A stretch of 64,000 nucleotides of DNA, taken from the NCBI GenBank assembly GCA_964588465.1, contig CAZPPL010000002.1, forward strand, positions 8,929-72,928. The letters run 5' to 3'. A model generated the notes under the pieces. The model worked only from the letters and a program-made list of their open reading frames with translations, searched no databases and was not told where the DNA came from. Position 1 is the first letter of the stretch. Every line of letters starts with the position of its first letter. The position numbers and the translations under genes were made by a program. The DNA is from an uncultured Gammaproteobacteria bacterium. GTDB taxonomy: Bacteria > Patescibacteriota > Patescibacteriia > Patescibacteriales > UBA12465. Positions 20,981 through 30,151 of this stretch are shown piece after piece.

Positions 20981-21781
20981 ATGATAAAAATTAATAAAAA
21001 TAATCCTGTAGTGATTTTTGGAGTCGTATTCATTTTATTATTTTTGTTGTATGTCACTGGTTTTTTAGCTCCACTAGGAGATTTTTTATTAAGCACTACT
21101 AAACCCTTGAATGCTAATTTATATAGATGGAGTTCTTCATCAAACAATTCTTATCATTCTAGCCGTGGCAGTAAAGTTCTACAAAATAGAATTTCCGAGC
21201 TCAATAAAAAAGTTCTTGCTTTAACAGTGGCTAACTCTCGTTGTTTAGAGATTGGAGCAGAGAATACCAAGCTACGTGCTAGTTTAAATTTTTTAAAAAT
21301 TAATAATTTTAAAGCGGTGACCGCCAGTATAATTGCTAAACAAGCACCGATTGATAATAATGGCGATTTAATTATTGATCGAGGCAGTCGCGATGGACTT
21401 CGTCCCGGGCTGGGGGTAATCAGTCAAGGAGTTATTATTGGTAAGATTATAGAAGTAAAAGATACTAGTGCTACGTTTTGTCTAACTACTAGTGCCAACT
21501 GTAAATTGGCTGCCACCATTCAAAATCAGACTAAAACTCGTGGTATTGTTAATGGCAATTTAGGTTTAACTATTGAAATGAATTATATTCCTCAATCAGA
21601 AAATATTAAAACTGGCGATATGGTTATTACTTCTGGTTTAGGAGGAAATATTCCCCGTGGGTTACTTATTGGTAAAATAAGTCGTATTTATAATACTAGT
21701 AATGAGGTATGGCAAACTGCCACCATTGAACCTTTATTGAATCCGGGTAGTTTAACTGTGGTATTAGTTATTATTACTTAA
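20981..21781 (+). CDS. mreC: Rod shape-determining protein MreC
   Basis: 266 aa with an N-terminal TM segment, a coiled coil (LQNRISELNKKVLALT, ENTKLRASL) and a beta-barrel domain (IDRGSRDGLRPGLGVI, VITSGLGGNIPRGLLIGKI). It lies directly after mreB. Confidence 0.8.
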   Translation: MIKINKNNPVVIFGVVFILLFLLYVTGFLAPLGDFLLSTTKPLNANLYRWSSSSNNSYHSSRGSKVLQNRISELNKKVLALTVANSRCLEIGAENTKLRASLNFLKINNFKAVTASIIAKQAPIDNNGDLIIDRGSRDGLRPGLGVISQGVIIGKIIEVKDTSATFCLTTSANCKLAATIQNQTKTRGIVNGNLGLTIEMNYIPQSENIKTGDMVITSGLGGNIPRGLLIGKISRIYNTSNEVWQTATIEPLLNPGSLTVVLVIIT

Positions 21782-21807
21782 TCAAGATTGGAATAGATAA
21801 TATACTT

Positions 21808-22338
21808 ATGTTTAAGAAAATAGGACAAATTGTTTTTTTTATTCTGTTTATCTCACTAGTAGCTATTGTCCAATTTTCTGGCATCTATGCTCTAGCTCCA
21901 TTTTTTCGTGATTTGAATTTATTGCTAATTATTTTAATATTTACCCTATTTTTTTATGATTTCCGTTCAGCGATTCAAGTGGTAATAATTGGTGGATTTT
22001 GGTTGGATATTCTATCTTTTAATTTCTTCGGCTTTAATCTTATTAGCTTGTTTTTAACCGTAGTTTTTACTAAATGGATATTGGACACTTGGCTCACTAA
22101 TCGTTCTTTATATTCTTTTGCTTTATTAATACTACTAGCCACAGTGTTTGATAATATCGTAGTGGGAGTTTTTTCTTATTTTTCTTCTAGCTTGACTAGT
22201 CCATTTTTTTTAACTGGTCATTTTTGGTTAACCCTTATTCATCAAATTATTTGGAGTGAAATTTTTGCTTTGCTACTATTTAGTGGAGCTAATGCTTTTA
22301 CTCGCCGTTGGCGGCCTTTCTTTTTGGAAAAGAAATAG
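21808..22338 (+). CDS. mreD: MreD-like polytopic membrane protein
   Basis: 176 aa with 5 hydrophobic segments. The call rests on its position directly after mreBC, since no diagnostic motif exists for MreD. Confidence 0.55.
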   Translation: MFKKIGQIVFFILFISLVAIVQFSGIYALAPFFRDLNLLLIILIFTLFFYDFRSAIQVVIIGGFWLDILSFNFFGFNLISLFLTVVFTKWILDTWLTNRSLYSFALLILLATVFDNIVVGVFSYFSSSLTSPFFLTGHFWLTLIHQIIWSEIFALLLFSGANAFTRRWRPFFLEKK

Positions 22339-22359
22339 TTTTTGTGTTATTATAAAAAT

Positions 22360-23376
22360 ATGATTTATGATTTTATTACTATTGGTGGCACTACTCGGGA
22401 TATATCTTTCTTTACCGACCAGGGGATTGCCATTAATAAGCGTTTAGATATTTTACACCAGAATGTTCTGGCTTTTGAGTCGGGAGCCAAGATTAAAGTA
22501 GATAAATTTTATTATTCCTATGGTGGTGGAGCTGCTAATGCGGCAGTTTGTTTGGCTAATTTCTCTTTGCGAGTAGCTTGTATTGCTCCAGTTGGAGATG
22601 ATTTGGAGGGTAAATTTATTAAGCAGAATTTACAAGCTAGGAAAGTTAATACCAGTTTAATACAAACCATTTCCCGAGAGGAAAGTGGGTCCTCTTTTAT
22701 ATTGATTTCTCCTTCTGGTGAACGCATTATATTTGCTCAACGGGGTGCTAATAATAAACTAAAAATTACCTCCCAGCATCTAAAAATTCTAAAGCGAGCA
22801 CATAATATTTATATTGCTTCTTTGGCTGGTAATTGGATTAGCAAACTTAAAAGTATTTTTTCTGTGGTAGTCAAAGGTGGACCGCAAATTTTTTGGAATC
22901 CGGGTATGACTCAATACCTACAAGGAGTTAAAAAGATTGCTCCTTATCTCAAAAAAGTTAAAGTTTTGGCTTCCAATAAAGACGAGGCAATTGAATTAGT
23001 TATGACTTCGCAACAGCATAAACATCTGGGGCGTAAATTTTTGAATAATCCCAAGAATTTAATTAAAATTATGCACAGTTTTGGCCCGCAAATAGTAGTG
23101 ATTACTCTAGGGTCAGAAGGGGTTATGGTTTATGATGGTGATAGATTTTATCGTCGGAAAATTATTAAAGGACGAAAAACTGTAGATACTACGGGTATTG
23201 GCGATATATTTAATTCTTCCTTTGCAGCTGGAATGGTATTATTTTCTGATGATATTGATAAAGCTCTAGATTTAGCTTTGCATAATGCTGCAGCTAAAGT
23301 AGCTCATTTAGGGGCTCAGAATGGTTTAATAGAATATAAAGCTAAAGCTAAAACTTTTTCCTCAAAAATAAACTAG
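22360..23376 (+). CDS. PfkB-family carbohydrate kinase
   Basis: GGGAANAA near the N-terminus and the DTTGIGDIFNSSFAAG signature near the C-terminus. I prefer the ATG at 22360 to the TTG at 22342. Confidence 0.8.
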   Translation: MIYDFITIGGTTRDISFFTDQGIAINKRLDILHQNVLAFESGAKIKVDKFYYSYGGGAANAAVCLANFSLRVACIAPVGDDLEGKFIKQNLQARKVNTSLIQTISREESGSSFILISPSGERIIFAQRGANNKLKITSQHLKILKRAHNIYIASLAGNWISKLKSIFSVVVKGGPQIFWNPGMTQYLQGVKKIAPYLKKVKVLASNKDEAIELVMTSQQHKHLGRKFLNNPKNLIKIMHSFGPQIVVITLGSEGVMVYDGDRFYRRKIIKGRKTVDTTGIGDIFNSSFAAGMVLFSDDIDKALDLALHNAAAKVAHLGAQNGLIEYKAKAKTFSSKIN

Positions 23377-23394
23377 ACTAACAATATTTTGCTT

Positions 23395-23847
23395 ATGTTA
23401 AATGGAGTGGTAATTAAGAAGATTAATAAATATAAGGATCAGCGAGGTTGCTTGATGGAAGTTTTTCGTCAGGACGAAATAGATTTTAAACCAGTCATGT
23501 CTTATGTTAGTTTCACTAATCCTGGGGTAAGTCGTGGGCCACATGAACATGTATTCCAGAGCGATTGTTTTATTTTTTTAGGTCCTGGTAGCTTTCGTTT
23601 ATATCTTTGGGATCGTCGTCCTAACTCTAAAACAGTGGGGCAATCTCTCCAAATAGAAGTTGGAGAAAATAATCCCAGTTTAGTCATAGTTCCTCCAGGA
23701 GTAGTTCATGGCTATAAATGTATTTCTCAAGTTCCAGCTTGGAGCATTAATTTACCGGATAAACTATATAAAGGAGTAGGGAAAAAGGAGAAAGTAGATG
23801 AAATTAGATGGGAAAAAGATGCTAACAGTCCCTACCGAATAGAATAA
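23395..23847 (+). CDS. RmlC-like cupin (dTDP-4-dehydrorhamnose 3,5-epimerase-related, short)
   Basis: About 150 aa. KDQRGCLMEVFR, RGPHEH and PPGVVHGY cupin motifs are present. It is shorter than canonical RmlC. Confidence 0.6.
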   Translation: MLNGVVIKKINKYKDQRGCLMEVFRQDEIDFKPVMSYVSFTNPGVSRGPHEHVFQSDCFIFLGPGSFRLYLWDRRPNSKTVGQSLQIEVGENNPSLVIVPPGVVHGYKCISQVPAWSINLPDKLYKGVGKKEKVDEIRWEKDANSPYRIE

Positions 23848-23868
23848 ATATTTTTTATAAATAACTAT

Positions 23869-24264
23869 ATGTGTATTTTTTGCGAAATCATAAAAGGCAA
23901 TATTCCAGCCTATAAAGTCTATGAAGATGATGATATTTTTGCTTTTTTAGATATTAAACCAATTAACCCAGGGCATACCTTAGTCGTACCTAAAAAACAT
24001 TATAAGAATTTAGAAGAAATACCTGAGGAAGATTTAAAAAAGTTAATTATAGCCGTAAAGAAAGTAGGCTACCTATTGAAGAGCAAGTTAGCTATAGTTG
24101 GCTATAATGCTTCGGTAAATAATGATCCAGTAGCAGGTCAAGTAATTCCTCATATACATTTTCATGTAATTCCCCGGCACATGGGAGATGGTCATCATTC
24201 TTGGCACCGAGGGGAATACGCTCCAGGCGAAGCCGATTCAATTATAAAAAAATTAGCAATTTAA
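23869..24264 (+). CDS. HIT (histidine triad) family protein
   Basis: 131 aa. CIFCEII start, NPGHTLVVPKKH, and the histidine triad HIHFHVIP. Confidence 0.85.
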   Translation: MCIFCEIIKGNIPAYKVYEDDDIFAFLDIKPINPGHTLVVPKKHYKNLEEIPEEDLKKLIIAVKKVGYLLKSKLAIVGYNASVNNDPVAGQVIPHIHFHVIPRHMGDGHHSWHRGEYAPGEADSIIKKLAI

Positions 24265-24265
24265 T

Positions 24266-25234
24266 ATGAAATTATTAGTTACTGGTGGAGCGGGTTTTAT
24301 CGGCTCTAACTTTATCCATTATTGGTTAAAGAATTATCCTAGCGATGAAATTATTAATTTAGATTTACTGACTTATGCTGGCAATTTAGATAACTTACAA
24401 GATATTAGTACTCAAGCTAATTATCAATTTGTTAAAGGTGATATTGTGGATGCTAATTTAGTTAATAGTTTAGTGCCTAAAATTGATTTAATTGTCCATT
24501 TTGCTGCTGAGAGTCATGTAGATCGTTCTATCCTAGATAGTGCTAGATTTATTCGGACTAATATAGAAGGTACTAGGGTTTTATTAGAAGCGGCTCGGAA
24601 AAATAATACTCATTTTCACCATATTTCTACCGATGAAGTCTTTGGCAGTTTAGGATTTGGTTCCAAGAAATTTAGCGAACAAAGCCCCTATAATCCTCAT
24701 TCCCCATATAGCGCTTCTAAAGCAGCAGCTGACCATTTAGTACGAGCTTATTTCTATACCTATAATTTACCGATAACTATCTCCAATTGTTCCAATAATT
24801 ATGGTCCTTATCAATATCCAGAAAAAATAATACCTTTATTTATTACTAATTTATTAAACAATCAAAGTGTACCAATTTATGGCAATGGAGATAATATTAG
24901 AGATTGGATCCAAGTTGATGATCATATTCGCGGTATAGATTTAATTATTAATAAAGGCAAAATTGGTGAGACCTATTGTTTAGGGAGTAACAATGAATAT
25001 AGCAATTTACAGATTACTAAGTTGATTCTAAAATTAATGGGGCAGTCAGAAGAAAAAATACAACATATTTCTGATCGCTTAGGGCACGACCGTCGTTATG
25101 CTATAGATTTTAGTAAAGCTCAGAAGGAACTAGGCTGGGAACCACGGGTTGATTTTGAGTCAGGTCTGAGAGCTACGATAGATTGGTATACAGAGCATGA
25201 AGTTTGGTGGAAAAAAATAAAAGTTAATAAATAA
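24266..25234 (+). CDS. rfbB: dTDP-glucose 4,6-dehydratase
   Basis: 322 aa. Motifs: VTGGAGFIGSNF, AAESHVDRS, STDEVFG, YSASKAAADHL and RHDRRYAID. Confidence 0.92.
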   Translation: MKLLVTGGAGFIGSNFIHYWLKNYPSDEIINLDLLTYAGNLDNLQDISTQANYQFVKGDIVDANLVNSLVPKIDLIVHFAAESHVDRSILDSARFIRTNIEGTRVLLEAARKNNTHFHHISTDEVFGSLGFGSKKFSEQSPYNPHSPYSASKAAADHLVRAYFYTYNLPITISNCSNNYGPYQYPEKIIPLFITNLLNNQSVPIYGNGDNIRDWIQVDDHIRGIDLIINKGKIGETYCLGSNNEYSNLQITKLILKLMGQSEEKIQHISDRLGHDRRYAIDFSKAQKELGWEPRVDFESGLRATIDWYTEHEVWWKKIKVNK

Positions 25235-25241
25235 TAAAAAT

Positions 25242-25661
25242 ATGAATAATAAAAAAATTTTTATTATTGAAGATGATGCGGATATTTTGTATGGTTTAGA
25301 AGCTCAGTTCGCTACTGCCGAGTTTGCAGTAGAGATGAGCTATGGTGATGAAGAACCAGAAGAGTTATTTAATCGTTTGCGTAGTTTTGCTCCTGACTAT
25401 ATTATTTTGGATTTAATTTTACCTAAGGTAGATGGTTTTGATATTATTAAGAAAATTAAAGCTGATGGAGAATTAGGTGATAAACAGATTTTTATTTTCA
25501 CTGATTTAAGCGTAGCTGATAGCCGTAGTCGTAGTTTAGAATTAGGGGCAGATTATTTTTTCTTTAAAGAAGAATTTGATACTTTTCAATTCGCGGAGAA
25601 GGTAAAAAAGATTATAAGTAATCAAGAACGGACTATTAATACCAGCCCGGATGATGAATAG
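25242..25661 (+). CDS. Stand-alone response-regulator receiver domain (CheY-like)
   Basis: 139 aa. IIEDD acidic pocket, YIILDLILPKVDG phospho-acceptor Asp context, and FIFTDL. There is no output domain and no histidine kinase in the window. Confidence 0.8.
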   Translation: MNNKKIFIIEDDADILYGLEAQFATAEFAVEMSYGDEEPEELFNRLRSFAPDYIILDLILPKVDGFDIIKKIKADGELGDKQIFIFTDLSVADSRSRSLELGADYFFFKEEFDTFQFAEKVKKIISNQERTINTSPDDE

Positions 25662-25725
25662 CTTTAGGGCTCCTGCTTAGTTGATAATTATAAGATTATA
25701 AATGATGGAAATTATTACAAATAGT

Positions 25726-25754
25726 TTGACTAATGCTCGGTAAAATACTAATAT
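25726..25754 (+). promoter_or_regulatory. Putative promoter of the second mreB
   Basis: TTGACT, a 17-nt spacer, then TAATAT, 24 nt upstream of the ATG. It overlaps the inverted repeat ATACTAAT-atga-ATTAGTAT. Confidence 0.45.
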
Positions 25755-25778
25755 GAATTAGTATTTAATAGAATTTTT

Positions 25779-26786
25779 ATGTTTATTAAACGAATCGGAA
25801 TTGATTTAGGGACAACTTATACTTTAATTTATGTACCGCGACGCGGGATTGTTATCAATGAACCTAGTGTGGTGGCGGTATCGGTTGATGATCAAAAGAT
25901 TTTAGCAGTAGGTAATGAAGCTAAAGATATGATTGGTAGAACTCCCGATACTATTACCGCAGTTCGTCCCTTAAAAGATGGAGTTATTGCCGATTATAAA
26001 GCAACCGAAGCTATGATTAGATATTTCATCAATAAAACTTTAGGGGGAATTCGTTTGTTTAGACCAGAAGTTATGGTTTCAGTACCAGCAGGCATATCTT
26101 CCACAGAACGACGAGCAGTGATTGAAGCTACTATTGCTTCAGGAGCTAAAGCAGCCTATATCATTAAAGAACCAGTATCAGCTGCTATTGGTGCGGATAT
26201 TCCTATTGGTTCTGCTACTGGACATATGATCATTGATATTGGCGGAGGAACAGCCGAAATGGCAGTGATTTCTCTGGGTGGTATCGTAGCTTCCACTTCG
26301 GTACGAGTTGGCGGTAATAAATTTGATGCCGCTATTTTGGAATTCGTTCGTAAAAAATATAATTTAGCTATTGGAGAGAGAACTGCGGAACAAATAAAAA
26401 TAAATATTGGCTCGGCTCTGTATATTGAAGATAAACTATATTTAGAAGTTCGCGGTCGTGATATTGTTACCGGATTGCCTCGCAGTATTACGGTTTCCAG
26501 CGATGATGTTACTGAAGCTATCCAAAATGAATTAGAAGCCATTATCTCTGTGGCTAAAAAAGTTTTACAGAAAACTCCACCTGAATTATCCGCTGATATT
26601 ATGGATAAAGGAATTATTTTAACTGGAGGTAGTTCTTTATTACGTAATATTGATCAGTTGATTGCTAGGACGACTGGAGTATCAGCCTATGTGGCTGATG
26701 ATGCTATGCTATGTGTAGCTAAAGGAACTGGCATTGCTCTAGATAATTTAGACTCCTATAAACGTAGCATCCTAGCAACTAAATAA
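25779..26786 (+). CDS. Second MreB paralogue
   Basis: 335 aa, collinear with the first MreB: GIDLGTTYTLIY, NEPSVVA, PLKDGVIADY, IDIGGGTAEMAVISL, LTGGSSLLRNID. Confidence 0.9.
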   Translation: MFIKRIGIDLGTTYTLIYVPRRGIVINEPSVVAVSVDDQKILAVGNEAKDMIGRTPDTITAVRPLKDGVIADYKATEAMIRYFINKTLGGIRLFRPEVMVSVPAGISSTERRAVIEATIASGAKAAYIIKEPVSAAIGADIPIGSATGHMIIDIGGGTAEMAVISLGGIVASTSVRVGGNKFDAAILEFVRKKYNLAIGERTAEQIKINIGSALYIEDKLYLEVRGRDIVTGLPRSITVSSDDVTEAIQNELEAIISVAKKVLQKTPPELSADIMDKGIILTGGSSLLRNIDQLIARTTGVSAYVADDAMLCVAKGTGIALDNLDSYKRSILATK

Positions 26787-26824
26787 TTAGCGGATTATAA
26801 ACAGATCGGCTAATTTTTATTTAT

Positions 26825-28036
26825 ATGATTATTGGCATAGACGCTTCACGCGCTAATTTACTTCATAAGACTGGGACTGAATGGTATTCTTTTTATCTAA
26901 TTAAGAATTTAGCCGAAATTGATACAGTTAATAAATATTATTTATATATTAATCAGCCAGTGCGCCCCGAGTTGCTTAAAATAATTAAATCTAATCCTAA
27001 TTTTTCTATTAAATTATTGAATTGGCCTTTCTACTCTTTTTGGACTCTAGGGAGATTAACTTGGGAAATGATTTGGTGGCGACCCGATGTCTTATTTGTG
27101 CCTGCTCATGCTTTGCCCCTATTTGGACCACTAAGGACAGTCAACACCATTCATGATTTAGCCTTTTGGCATGAAGGTAATTTATATCGTTCTTTTAAGG
27201 TGAAAACTAAAGGAATAGGGTCACGTCGGGTGATTAGTTTTTTAGTCAGAATTTTCACTAGAGGACGTTATCGTCCAAATTCGCTTGATTATTTATATTG
27301 GTCAACCTCTTTTGCTTTGCGTCACGCTAAAAAAATTATTGCTGTATCTGAAGCAACTAAACAAGAAATTTTAAAAGTTTATAAAGAAACTTCGCCCGAT
27401 AGAATAAAAGTTATCTATAATGGTTATAACGCAGATCTATATCCGCCTCTTGATGGACCAGAAAAAATTTCTCAGGTTTTAGCTAGGCATAATTTAAGTT
27501 CCCCTTATCTTTTATATGTTGGTCGTCTAGAAAAAAAGAAAAATACTGTTGCCCTAGTGGAAGCTTTTGCTTTACTGGTAGAGAATCATCCCGAGATTAA
27601 AATGAATCTAGTTTTAGCAGGCGATGCTAGTTTTGGTTATGATGAAGTAGAATATACCATTAACGAATATCATTTAGGAGATAGAGTATTCTTACCTGGA
27701 TGGATTAGTGAGGAAGATCTACCTTATATTTTCAGTGCAGCCAAGGCCTTTATTTTTCCTTCTAAATATGAAGGATTTGGTATTCCAATTTTAGAAGCTT
27801 TAGCTTGTGGAGTGCCAACGGCGGTCTCGAATTTGGCGGTTTTACGAGAAGTTGCTGGACAGTCGGTTTTATATTTTGATCAAAATAACAAACAATCAAT
27901 CTATGAAGCCATGTTAAAAATTATTAGTGATCAAACTTTACGAGAGAAATTAATTATTAAAGGTAAGGAGCGAGTTAAAGATTTCGCTTGGCGTAAATGC
28001 GCTATTGAAACTTTGAAAGTTTTAGAAAATTTATAA
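26825..28036 (+). CDS. Glycosyltransferase family 4 (GT-B, GT1-type C-terminal domain)
   Basis: 403 aa. YVGRLEKKKN, PSKYEGFGIPILEALACGVP (E-x7-E region). Confidence 0.8.
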   Translation: MIIGIDASRANLLHKTGTEWYSFYLIKNLAEIDTVNKYYLYINQPVRPELLKIIKSNPNFSIKLLNWPFYSFWTLGRLTWEMIWWRPDVLFVPAHALPLFGPLRTVNTIHDLAFWHEGNLYRSFKVKTKGIGSRRVISFLVRIFTRGRYRPNSLDYLYWSTSFALRHAKKIIAVSEATKQEILKVYKETSPDRIKVIYNGYNADLYPPLDGPEKISQVLARHNLSSPYLLYVGRLEKKKNTVALVEAFALLVENHPEIKMNLVLAGDASFGYDEVEYTINEYHLGDRVFLPGWISEEDLPYIFSAAKAFIFPSKYEGFGIPILEALACGVPTAVSNLAVLREVAGQSVLYFDQNNKQSIYEAMLKIISDQTLREKLIIKGKERVKDFAWRKCAIETLKVLENL

Positions 28037-28116
28037 ATTATTATTTTAGCTTATTACTACCTAAAGCTATTTAGCTTGTGATATTTCTTTAAGTTGTGAT
28101 ATTATTAAGATGTTAT

Positions 28117-30150
28117 ATGAAAAAAATACTAACATCTCTTTTTGTCTTAGCTCTATTCATAGCCCAGCCAGTTTCAGCAGCGGTTAAGCCTAATGATCCC
28201 TATTATAGTAATCAGTGGTATTTGGCTAAGATTAAGGCTAATAGTGCTTGGGATATTATCTCTGCTAGCCCAGATATAGTTATTGCGGTTATTGATGGCC
28301 GAATTCAGCTTAATCATCCAGATTTACGTAACAATATTTGGACTAATACTAAAGAGATTGCCAACGATGGTATAGATAATGATCATAATGGTTTTATTGA
28401 TGATGTCCATGGTTGGAATTTCGTTAATAATACGCCATATCCACCGGTTAAATTTGACCCAGGTTGGACTGAAGCTGGAGTGGATCACGGTACTATAGTA
28501 GCAGGTATTATTGCTGCCGTTGGAAATAATAAAATTGGAGTGGCTGGAGTAACTTGGTCGGCTCAAATTATGCCTCTGAGAGTTCTTAACGATAAAGGAC
28601 AAGGGAAAACGAGTGATGTTATTCGAGCTATTGATTATGCCACTAACAATGGAGCTGATATTATTAATTTGAGTTTTGTCTCCTTTCATTATAGTGAAGC
28701 TTTACAAGAAGCAATTGCTCGGGCTCATAAAGCTGGAGTGATTGTGGTAGCGGCTGCTGGTAATGAACGAGCCAGTGGAGTTGGTTATAATATTGATAAA
28801 ACTCCGATTTATCCTGCTTGCTATGATGGATCTTTAGGACAGAACATGGTTATTGGTGTAGCGGCTACTGATGCTTTAGATCAAAAAGCTAGATTTTCTA
28901 GTTATGGTTCGCGTTGTGTGGATATTAGTGCTCCGGGTATTAGTTTTTTTAGTACCATAACTGCTGGAAGTGATATTAATAATCCTCAAGCACTCTATGG
29001 AGGCTATTGGTCGGGCACCTCTATGGCTGCTCCCTTAGTTTCTGGTACTCTCGCTCTTATTGAACAAGCTAACCCAGAATTGACTCCGCGACAAGTAGTT
29101 AATATTCTATTTGCCTCTACTGATAATATTAACCGCTTAAATCCTAAATATATCGGTGAACTTGGTAATGGGCGTCTGGATGTTTTTAAGGCTGTGGAAA
29201 TGGCTAAAGCTGAATTATATAATCATTTGGCTCGTTTAGTAATAGTCAGTAATATCGGATCTAAAGCTTCCAAATTAACTGCAGTAAATGGTGATTTAAT
29301 CCATAAATTACCAGTGGCTAATATACCTAGTGGTTCTAGTGTGGCCTCTGGAGATGTTAATGGTGATGGTTTTAATGAGTTGGTAGTTGGTTCGGCATTG
29401 GGGCAAAAACCCCAAATTAAAATTCTTACTTCTACTGGTAAATTATTAAAACAGTTCTTAGCCTTTCCCATAAATTTTCAGGGGGGAGTTAATGTAGCGG
29501 TTAGTGATTTAAATGGTAGCGGAAAAGCCGATATTATTGCTACCGCTGCTTCTAGTGGTCATGGCCAAGTTCGTATTTTTAATGATAAGGGAAAACTATT
29601 AAATAAATTTTTTGTTGATAGTAAAAATTGGCGAGGGGGTTTGAGTGTGGCGGTTGGCGATTTAGACGGGAAGGGTAATAGAGAGATTGTGGTAGCTTAT
29701 GGTCAAGGCAAAGCCCCAGTTATAAAAATTTTCACTCCTCAGGGTCATATATTAAGCGCTTTCTATGCTTATGAAAAAAAATTTAGAGGAGGTATTAAGG
29801 TGGCGGTAAGTAATGTTTATGGTCGCCGGGATCATAATAAATCAGAGATAATTGTTGCTCCAGGGCCAGGGCGTAATCCGCAAATTAAGATTTTTACCAA
29901 TCGAGCAATATTGAAAAGACAATTTTTAGCTTTTCGTACTAATTGGCAGGGAGGAGTTAATTTAGCGGCGGGAGATATTAATAATAATGGTATCGGAGAC
30001 ATTATAACTGGTGCTGAATCTGGAGCTGCACCAGAAGTTAGAATTTTTGATGGTCAAGGAACTCTACTACAATCTTTTTATACCTGGAAAACTAGCTGGA
30101 ATGGTGGAGCAAATATTGGTATAATAAATATAAATAATAAATCCCTTTAA
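28117..30150 (+). CDS. Secreted subtilisin-like serine protease (S8) fused to five FG-GAP/VCBS-like repeats
   Basis: Signal peptide MKKILTSLFVLALFIAQPVSAA. Catalytic triad contexts VIAVIDGRI, DHGTIVAGIIAA and GTSMAAPLVSG. The C-terminus holds about five 55-aa repeats (GDVNGDGFNELVV.., SDLNGSGKADII.., GDLDGKGNREIVV.., GDINNNGIGDIIT..). The ATG at 28117 is preferred to the GTG at 28096. Confidence 0.85.
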   Translation: MKKILTSLFVLALFIAQPVSAAVKPNDPYYSNQWYLAKIKANSAWDIISASPDIVIAVIDGRIQLNHPDLRNNIWTNTKEIANDGIDNDHNGFIDDVHGWNFVNNTPYPPVKFDPGWTEAGVDHGTIVAGIIAAVGNNKIGVAGVTWSAQIMPLRVLNDKGQGKTSDVIRAIDYATNNGADIINLSFVSFHYSEALQEAIARAHKAGVIVVAAAGNERASGVGYNIDKTPIYPACYDGSLGQNMVIGVAATDALDQKARFSSYGSRCVDISAPGISFFSTITAGSDINNPQALYGGYWSGTSMAAPLVSGTLALIEQANPELTPRQVVNILFASTDNINRLNPKYIGELGNGRLDVFKAVEMAKAELYNHLARLVIVSNIGSKASKLTAVNGDLIHKLPVANIPSGSSVASGDVNGDGFNELVVGSALGQKPQIKILTSTGKLLKQFLAFPINFQGGVNVAVSDLNGSGKADIIATAASSGHGQVRIFNDKGKLLNKFFVDSKNWRGGLSVAVGDLDGKGNREIVVAYGQGKAPVIKIFTPQGHILSAFYAYEKKFRGGIKVAVSNVYGRRDHNKSEIIVAPGPGRNPQIKIFTNRAILKRQFLAFRTNWQGGVNLAAGDINNNGIGDIITGAESGAAPEVRIFDGQGTLLQSFYTWKTSWNGGANIGIININNKSL

Positions 30151-30151
30151 A

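Noticed and set aside
26156-26542. 128-aa minus-strand ORF inside the second mreB
   Set aside because: It lies entirely antisense to a gene with strong MreB motifs. The product is low-complexity (S/I/P-rich) with no motif, so it is a typical shadow ORF.
28324-28689. 121-aa minus-strand ORF inside the S8 protease gene (also 29223-29471)
   Set aside because: It is antisense to the catalytic domain, which carries the D/H/S triad motifs. It has no independent signal.
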